This document shows, one piece after another, positions 19,039-25,595 of a stretch of 64,000 bases of DNA. Made by a program: the position numbers and the translations under genes. The stretch is from an uncultured Gammaproteobacteria bacterium (GTDB lineage: Bacteria > Patescibacteriota > Microgenomatia > Levybacterales > GWA1-39-11): positions 1,715-65,714 of the forward strand of contig CAYVKP010000001.1 in assembly GCA_964452165.1 (NCBI GenBank), written 5' to 3'. Under the pieces are notes generated by a model. It ran no database searches. It worked only from the letters and a program-made list of their open reading frames with translations, and was not told the DNA's origin. How positions within the stretch are numbered: position 1 is the stretch's first letter; every line of letters starts with the position of its first letter.

Positions 19039-19410
19039 TGACCATATTATACAGGAGTTTTTGCCAATAAAAAGGGCGGTTGAGGAAGAAAAGTGAAAAT
19101 CATCATGAAGATGAAGCAAGTAGCATAAGCTACAGGTCACGATTCTATCAAACCGCCCTTTCGAACTCAGTTCGCATTGTAAGATTCATCCCGCCGGAAA
19201 GAAGGTGAGCAAGCATGTAGCTCAGTTTCTACCCAAAGGGATATACACCTGGAAGGTGAAGGATCTTACAAAGAGTGTCTCCAGAGGAGACAGGTACAAG
19301 GCAATCGCCTTGTGGTCCTGTCGTCCTCCTTCGACGCTTTGGGACGCACCTATGTGGTCCGGCTGGCAGCTAGGCTGTCAGACGTACGACATCAGGCCGT
19401 GTCCGTGAGA

Positions 19411-20835
19411 TCACCTGCGGACAACCGTCGCGACCGCGGCACCGGAGATGAGGAGAACCACCATGACACCAGCAACGATGGTCCAGATCGAACTCGAGGA
19501 GGAGCTCATGGCAAGACCTGCGTCACCGGTAGCCGGTGGCTTGATCGAAGGCGTCAGCGGCGCGTCGGCGGTGTCCACGGGGCGTGGAGCCGGTTCGGAG
19601 CCGTTGTAGTAGCCGTTGATCGCGGGCGTGTCAGCGTCACCAGCGTTCGTCGTGGTGCGACCATCGAACGTCGAGGACGTAGGAATGGGCACGTTAGATG
19701 CCGAAGGTGACTGTGCGAAGGCATCGTTCGTCGAGAAGACGTTGCTACTGACGAGCGGAGCCGGACCCTGACCCGTTGCGTAGTCCTTGACGGTGACCGT
19801 GTCTGTCGCCTGAGCGTTCACAGGATCGCTAGACGCCGTGTCGGCCGTCGTGTTGGACTGGTTGACCACGTAGACAGCGATGCAGAAGCCGGAGGGGTTC
19901 TCAGGCGCAGCGCATGCGGTCTTGGAGGCGACAGCGACGATCAGCAGACACGTAGTGCCAGGTGACGCCGTAGCGCAGCCGTTGTTGGTCAGGTTGTTCG
20001 TGTTCTGGCCGGCCAGGTTCGGCAGGCTCAGGTAGTTCGCCAGGCCAGGGTTCGAAGCGCCGATGACGACGGCGTCGAGCTGGCTGAAGTTAAGCAGACC
20101 CTGTTGTACCACGGGAAGTACGCCGAGAATTCGGCCGTCGATCAGGACCGTCAAGTGAGCGTTCGGGATCGACACAGCGTCGCGGATGTCGAGAACAGCG
20201 CCGTCAGAGCCAGCGGCCGGGACGAGTGCGTTCGTGACGTCGTTGACAGAGTTGCCCCTATTCGTGGCCTTCTCGTCACCGGTGGGGCTCGTCTGGTATG
20301 CAGCGACCGTGATGGATGCCGGCAGGCCAGTAAGCCTTAACGTGGCGGTAAGGACGATGTTCGGCACGCCGAGGTAGTTCGGCAGGCTCAGGTTGTTACC
20401 CAGCGGGTAGTTGGACTCCTGGACGTTGGTCTTGCCGAGAGTCGTTCCGGGGGCCATGTTGGTGCCCGAGTTGGCCAGGTTGGCCAGGTTCAGTTGGCTA
20501 ACGACTACGTAGTCGATGCCACTGCTGGAGAACGTAACGACCTTTTCGGCGAGGAGGATACCTCCAGGATCCGATCCGGTGTAGACGTCGTGCAACGAGT
20601 TGTTCGTCTGGACGGTCGACGCCGCAATACCTGGGGTCGAGTCAGACGTTGCCGCGGCAGTAGGAGCCGGCGAAGTCCAGAAGGCCGTCAAGCCAAACAG
20701 AACTGCTACCGTTACTGCCAGGGCGAAGAGCTTTGCCAGCGACACGCGCGGAGGCGGGTCCTGATAGTTGGTTGTGTGTCTGGTTTTCACCGGACACTCC
20801 TTTCCTTGCAAGGAAATGCCTGCATTCTGCAGCAT
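19411..20835 (-). CDS. cell-surface protein with signal peptide, internal repeats and a sortase-like C-terminal sorting signal
   Basis: N-terminal TM/signal (LFALAVTVAVLFGLTAFW). Internal repeats LSLPNYLGVPNIV and LSLPNLAGQNTNN in Ala/Thr/Ser/Asn-rich sequence. The C-terminus is KPPATGDAG, then a Ser stretch, a hydrophobic helix and RR, i.e. an LPXTG-type tripartite architecture with P in place of L. Confidence 0.55.
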   Translation of the reverse strand: MLQNAGISLQGKECPVKTRHTTNYQDPPPRVSLAKLFALAVTVAVLFGLTAFWTSPAPTAAATSDSTPGIAASTVQTNNSLHDVYTGSDPGGILLAEKVVTFSSSGIDYVVVSQLNLANLANSGTNMAPGTTLGKTNVQESNYPLGNNLSLPNYLGVPNIVLTATLRLTGLPASITVAAYQTSPTGDEKATNRGNSVNDVTNALVPAAGSDGAVLDIRDAVSIPNAHLTVLIDGRILGVLPVVQQGLLNFSQLDAVVIGASNPGLANYLSLPNLAGQNTNNLTNNGCATASPGTTCLLIVAVASKTACAAPENPSGFCIAVYVVNQSNTTADTASSDPVNAQATDTVTVKDYATGQGPAPLVSSNVFSTNDAFAQSPSASNVPIPTSSTFDGRTTTNAGDADTPAINGYYNGSEPAPRPVDTADAPLTPSIKPPATGDAGLAMSSSSSSIWTIVAGVMVVLLISGAAVATVVRR

Positions 20836-20839
20836 GGGT

Positions 20840-22900
20840 TGTGAAAAGAACGTTCCTCCCTCGCACCTTGCGAGATAGATCTTAGCTCTAAGCTATCCAC
20901 TTTGTGTACGGGTGTCTTTCCGGCGTCTGTCCTCGATGCCTCCCTCGGATGAGATCACTGCTGAGAACATCAAGGGCCAGGCCTTTCAGACTTTCCCGAA
21001 CTTTCGAGATCATCCCCTTTCAGTACTGCCTCTACGGTCAGTACTCTATTTCCAAGAGCTTGCCGAAGCGGGCGGCGGATCACAAGGCTACGCGGGGTGT
21101 ACCCGTTTCAGACTCGCTCTGAGAAAGCATTGGAGGGACGCCCCTTTTCCCTACGGACCAATCCGGCACTTTGCCGAACTTAAAATGTGTTGGGACGTCC
21201 CCTGATGATTAGCAGGTCTTCGATTCAAGCGAACACGTGCCCTGCACGTAATGCGTACAAATCCGCTCGTTTTCCGTTCAGCCGAATGCGTTGACGCACG
21301 GTTGATCTTTGACCTGCTCGTGGGAGCTCACCTCATCAGGGTGGCTTCTGGTAGTGATGCACCTTGCATCTCCTTTCTATTGATAGTAATCATCTCCGAC
21401 CCGAGCACCGAGAGCAGACTTTCGTCGCTGGCTCGACAACCGGAGAGAATCCCCTTAGTGGGAGACGTCCCATTTTTACTTACCCCACAAATGCCCGTCG
21501 TAAAGACAGGTTCCTCCTTTCTGAACTAGGAGCTGGACGCGGGACGTCTCCGGCGGCAATGGGTTTAGACAGTCAATACGAACCCTCCTTTCAGGGTTAT
21601 TCAGATAAGGCTCCGGGGAGTGAGCCTGGATCTGGCTGGTGGGAGGTAGCAGCAATAGACAGGGGGACAGGACCCTGTACTCGGCGCTTACTGCTACCAG
21701 ATGGTTTGGGAGGAACCCTACCATCCTTTTCCCAAGAACGTGCAAGTCCGAGGATTTCTCCTTGGACTGGGAATGGCTATGGAGACCATGGAGCGATGGG
21801 TCCAGAGGGCCTCCTGGTTGTTAGGGCGGAGCTCTTATCCGTGTCAGTGCGTTGTAGACATTTGCACTTTCCATGGCACCCTTCCTCTTTCGAGAATGGC
21901 TGGAGATCCGGCCTCGTACGAGTGGTCGCCTCTTATGAGGACTGAGCAGCTGGCTGCAACCAGACTTTTATATCTCAGCAACGACCATAGGCTGTGCTGC
22001 CATTAGGGCGGAGAGCGTGACCGGGTCACTATGCAAACGCGTCTGTTAAGAAGCGTCCACTTCCGGTTTACCTCCACCATACTCGACTCCTCCCTTCGAG
22101 TCTTCCTAGATAAGGTCTCAGCACTAGACCTGGATCTGGCTGGCGGGGTACGGCAGCTGAAACACGAATGCGATCGTGACACCACTGCCTAAAGATGGGT
22201 TCCAAGCCATCCTTTCCCCGATGAAAAGTGCAGTCTCCTCACGATGAGAAGACGTAGTTTTCCAGGAGGTGAAGGTCTCTTCACTTGCGCAGGCCACCAC
22301 GCGAAGAGAGCTTGCACCACTAGCCTGGTGAGTGTCGTCAACCGCCATACCACAGATCGTGGTAGTCCAGCACAAGGCGGAGACAAGACAACTCCTGGAC
22401 TCATCGAGATAGCAAGATGAGCCTAATTTGCGTCATTCAAGTGGAAAGCCATTCCACAAGAAAGTTATTTTGAATAACGAACAACAATAAAATAAAACTA
22501 AAATTTGATTTTTGTAAAATCCTTAAAAAAGACTCCTTCTGGAGTGTGGGGTTGTGAATTCAGACAATAAACAAACTCGTAATTATTGCCTCAGCTCACA
22601 ACCGGACACAAGCGCTATGCAAATAAGCGCTGTCAAAAGAAGTTATGCGAACTGGTTGTTAAAGTGCAAAACTTTTTTGCCAGAACGCATGCATTTGCAT
22701 AAAGGCATTATGTTATGTAATGCGAGTATATCTCTAAGGGAATTGCTTTTCAATTGGGCATTTACTGTAGCCTGAGGGGGATTGGGCGCGGGAATAGGAT
22801 ATAGATGTTTGTCTTCTTGAAGAAGACGATGCAGTTTGACTGCTACATCAGGTCCTAAACCCGCGTCCGCACCGGTTGCGAATTTATTTGTTGTAGATCA
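20840..22900. ncRNA. candidate large structured noncoding region with an internally duplicated module (strand undetermined, possibly minus)
   Basis: No ORF longer than 193 aa in ~2 kb, and the ORFs present are scattered over frames. Two homologous ~150-nt modules start at 21603 and 22108 (shared agataagg...cctggatctggctgg...gatgg...ccatcctttcc). The hairpin ggctc/gagcc in copy 1 becomes ggtct/agacc in copy 2, with three compensatory pair changes. Also contains an 11-bp inverted repeat (21460-21471 / 21531-21541) and multiple GGGACGTCCC palindromes. Confidence 0.35.
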
Positions 22901-22904
22901 CCTC

Positions 22905-24398
22905 CTATCTTCTGGTAGGAACTTGTGTCGCAAGACACTGTCCTGTCGCGATGACGTAATAGTCGCAGTTAGTCGGCGGCTGAGGATTTCCGCTTGGCTT
23001 CTGCGGCTGGACAGGCTGTTGCTGGACCGAAGGACCCGAGTTGGCCTTGCCAACAATCTGGTACGTTGCGGTGTTGCTTACGAGCGGTGTGTTGCCGTCG
23101 TATAGCGTAATCCTAAGCGTATCAGTGCCAAGTGGCGGAGCAACATTGCCCGTCGATTGACAGCCTGTGCCGGCGTTCACGTATTTGCTGACTGGCCGAG
23201 TCGCCGGACTTCCGTCTTGGGGAGAGTCGGTAACAACTATCGTACCAGCCTGCGACACATTCCAGCAGAACTTACCACTCGTGTAGACCGTTATGACTGA
23301 TGGATCAGCCCAAACGCTCACAGTAGCGGCAGGTGGTGGAGGTGCCGGACGAGATGTCGGCGCGGGTGGTGGTGCCGCGGGCGCTTGGGGCGCAGGCGGA
23401 ACCTTGGTCGCTGTTGGCGGTGGCGCTTGAACCTGCTGAACTTGCGGAGCAGGCGTTGGCGGCGTGAACGACCCAATGTTGGGTGCTGGACCCGACTTTT
23501 TTTGAATCTCAACGGAAGTGGTGTCTACCGCGACTTTCACGTCGTCGACATATGCTACTGCAGCGATGCTGTAGATGCCAGGAATGACATTGTCGACGAT
23601 TGGAATCGTGGTGCAGGACTTTTCTTCCGAAGAATACCCATTCCACAACGGCGTTGGCTCCTCTCCTTCTCGGGAGAAAGTTGAAACTACTCTGTACCAG
23701 ATCTTCTTGTTGAGCTGGAAACAAAGAGTTGCGCGGTCTCCTTCGACGTAGACGTTCTTGCCGTCATTGAACCACACTTTTAGAGTGTAGCTGAACGGAG
23801 CAGGCGTTGATGTTGCCGTTGACGGTGCCGCCTTCACCTCAGGGTGATCGTAGTCATCCCTAAGTTGGGAGTGTAACCACCCCATCACAGGTGAAAAACG
23901 ACCCTTGGTGTCAATTATGTTCGCTGGAGAAATCTGTAGGCTGGTTTGCCATTTTTCACCAACGTTCTGCTGAACGAAGGTGATTTTTCCGTTCGCCACT
24001 CCGGTGACCAGCGCCACATGTCCCCAAGGCCACTCCTCGTTTTTCCCGAAAACGAGAATGTCTCCCGGAACAGGAGCAGTTGAAGAACCGTTTTCGTACA
24101 CGTTGGCGAAGTTAATGTTGTCCTTGTTTCCAAACATCTCAAATGCATTGAGACCCCAGTTGTAAGGACCCCATTCTCTCTCGCCCCAGTAACGCTGAAC
24201 GAATTCGACGCACTGCCACTCAATACCGTACTTTGACGAACGTCCGGAGTAGTAAAACGGGTCATCTCCGTTGGAGAAGATGTCCGTTTTGTCGTAGGTT
24301 CCAAGACGCTGTCCGAATGACGACGACGCCATAACGATACCTACGAAAATGAGGGGGCTCAATCCCAGAAGGACTGCAGCCCTGACTAACCTGATCAT
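22905..24398 (-). CDS. secreted CHAP-domain peptidoglycan hydrolase with Ig-like middle region, Pro-rich linker and Cys-containing C-terminal domain
   Basis: Signal peptide (MIRLVRAAVLLGLSPLIFVGIVMA). CHAP catalytic Cys context WQCVEFVQRYW and His GHVALV. A ~45-residue P/A/Q-rich linker and a C-terminal domain of ~130 aa with 4 Cys. GC-rich codon usage. Confidence 0.7.
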   Translation of the reverse strand: MIRLVRAAVLLGLSPLIFVGIVMASSSFGQRLGTYDKTDIFSNGDDPFYYSGRSSKYGIEWQCVEFVQRYWGEREWGPYNWGLNAFEMFGNKDNINFANVYENGSSTAPVPGDILVFGKNEEWPWGHVALVTGVANGKITFVQQNVGEKWQTSLQISPANIIDTKGRFSPVMGWLHSQLRDDYDHPEVKAAPSTATSTPAPFSYTLKVWFNDGKNVYVEGDRATLCFQLNKKIWYRVVSTFSREGEEPTPLWNGYSSEEKSCTTIPIVDNVIPGIYSIAAVAYVDDVKVAVDTTSVEIQKKSGPAPNIGSFTPPTPAPQVQQVQAPPPTATKVPPAPQAPAAPPPAPTSRPAPPPPAATVSVWADPSVITVYTSGKFCWNVSQAGTIVVTDSPQDGSPATRPVSKYVNAGTGCQSTGNVAPPLGTDTLRITLYDGNTPLVSNTATYQIVGKANSGPSVQQQPVQPQKPSGNPQPPTNCDYYVIATGQCLATQVPTRR

Positions 24399-24403
24399 GA
24401 CCT

Positions 24404-24973
24404 TTACTCCTTCTCGAATTTGAAGGTACTCAGGATTTGAGGTCCGATTCCCTTCATGATATTGAACGTAGCGGATTGGCTCGGCGAAATGCCGTAAAGC
24501 CTACTACCTTCTTGAATGAACCACCTGACGTAGACAGGGTGGACGTCCGGCTGTTCAAGCCAACGCTTCTGGTTAGTAAGTTCGAGACAGCTTCCGCTTG
24601 TCAGCGTGAAGGAACAAGGGGAGAAAACCAGGCGCTTGCCCGCATCCCCGAGTTGGTCTCTAACTGAAGCCTCTACGTCGTTAGCTGATGCCACCTTTTC
24701 GTATCGAATGACAGCAAAGCCTGCGTACAACTCGCCGTCGTTCTCAAATTCCAGGTGCAAGATGTTGCCCGGATCTGTCTCGTACGTATCCTTGTGGAGA
24801 TCGAGATCCTTGATCTTTCCCGAAAGCCACCCGTCCTGGAAGTCTTCCCAGTCCGCAGTACTTGCGGTAGCCGGAATGACTGGCAGGGTAGATACTGGCT
24901 TCTTGGTCGAGCCTCCGCATGCTGCGAGCAGTGGAAGCACTAGGAGCAGTAATACCGAGACTGTCTGTCTCAC
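24404..24973 (-). CDS. lipoprotein (hypothetical)
   Basis: Lipobox LLAACGGS after a hydrophobic leader. 189 aa. Co-directional and 5 nt upstream of the CHAP gene, so a probable operon. Confidence 0.5.
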   Translation of the reverse strand: MRQTVSVLLLLVLPLLAACGGSTKKPVSTLPVIPATASTADWEDFQDGWLSGKIKDLDLHKDTYETDPGNILHLEFENDGELYAGFAVIRYEKVASANDVEASVRDQLGDAGKRLVFSPCSFTLTSGSCLELTNQKRWLEQPDVHPVYVRWFIQEGSRLYGISPSQSATFNIMKGIGPQILSTFKFEKE

Positions 24974-25391
24974 TTCGCACCTCTACCTTCCGTAGTCTAT
25001 TCGTGCTAGGTTGATATTCGACCCTGCTGGGTCTTGTGCTTTACCTTGTTTTATTTTCGTCGTCGTTCTCCTTTTTTAAATTCCGCTTCTTGGCGGAAAC
25101 TATCGTGCGTATTTTGTTTAGTCTTCTTTCGGCCGAATGCAAAATTCCGGACCCGAACTTTTTATCTGGTCAAGAACTTTGCATTCGATAAACACCTTGC
25201 TTTATAGTGCTTTCTGAAAGAAGTTTCGCAACCGGTTGTTAAAGAGCGAAAAACCTCGCGCTACAATGCATGCAAACGCACTAAGCCACGAGGAATTACT
25301 ATGTAATTGGAGTATAACGCCGTCTGAGACGGTTTTCAACTTAACACTATAAGATTTCTTTGCCCGTATTTTGAGCGAATGTGAAGGCTAT

Positions 25392-25595
25392 CTACGTTTT
25401 ACCCCACGTTACGCGGTTCCATACCCTTTCATGTAGGTAATAAAAGACTAACTTCAAAATTCCTTCGGCGCCTCCAACTCCGATTGAAAGAAGTAATTTA
25501 CGCGTGAAGACGAAAACAACCGCTGCTGTAGTAAGTGAAGCAATAATTCTCCAAGTAATAGTTTTGGCAACGCTGCGGTGGCTCTCCTCCTTCAT
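25392..25595 (-). CDS. small membrane protein, DUF2061-like
   Basis: 67 aa with two TM segments and a C-terminal YYLHERVWN-type motif, from recalled family similarity. Overlaps the stop of the upstream ATPase gene by 1 nt. Confidence 0.4.
   Translation of the reverse strand: MKEESHRSVAKTITWRIIASLTTAAVVFVFTRKLLLSIGVGGAEGILKLVFYYLHERVWNRVTWGKT

Larger units (their letters stand above)
19150..25390. other. GC-rich compositional island (putative horizontally acquired, host-derived or chimeric segment)
   Basis: Abrupt shift to GC-rich codons (GCC/GGC/CGC/ACC) and high-GC intergenic DNA, against ~38-40% GC flanks. Boundaries are approximate. The left boundary coincides with a 12-bp inverted repeat (19069-19080 / 19150-19162). 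Confidence 0.6.

Noticed and set aside
19312-19710. 132-aa + strand ORF rich in Arg at the island's left edge
   Set aside because: It is antisense to the 3' end of the much longer, signal-peptide-bearing surface-protein gene and has an Arg/Gly-rich nonsense composition typical of antisense GC-rich frames.
21364-21945. 193-aa ORF (and other 60-100 aa ORFs) inside the GC-rich noncoding stretch
   Set aside because: High-GC DNA yields long random ORFs. The translations are Arg/Gly/Pro-rich with no domain, and the ORFs are scattered across all frames with no coherent coding strand. The duplicated hairpin modules argue for RNA or regulatory DNA instead.
20840-22900. Possibility that the 2-kb noncoding stretch is an rRNA fragment, RNase P, tmRNA, a group II intron or a CRISPR array
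   Set aside because: No universal 16S/23S blocks (for example GTGCCAGCAGCCGCGGTAA, GGATAACAGGCTGA). No RNase P P4 or tmRNA tag region. No domain V-like GAAA-capped helix adjacent to an RT ORF. The repeats are irregularly spaced and not separated by unique spacers, so it is not CRISPR.
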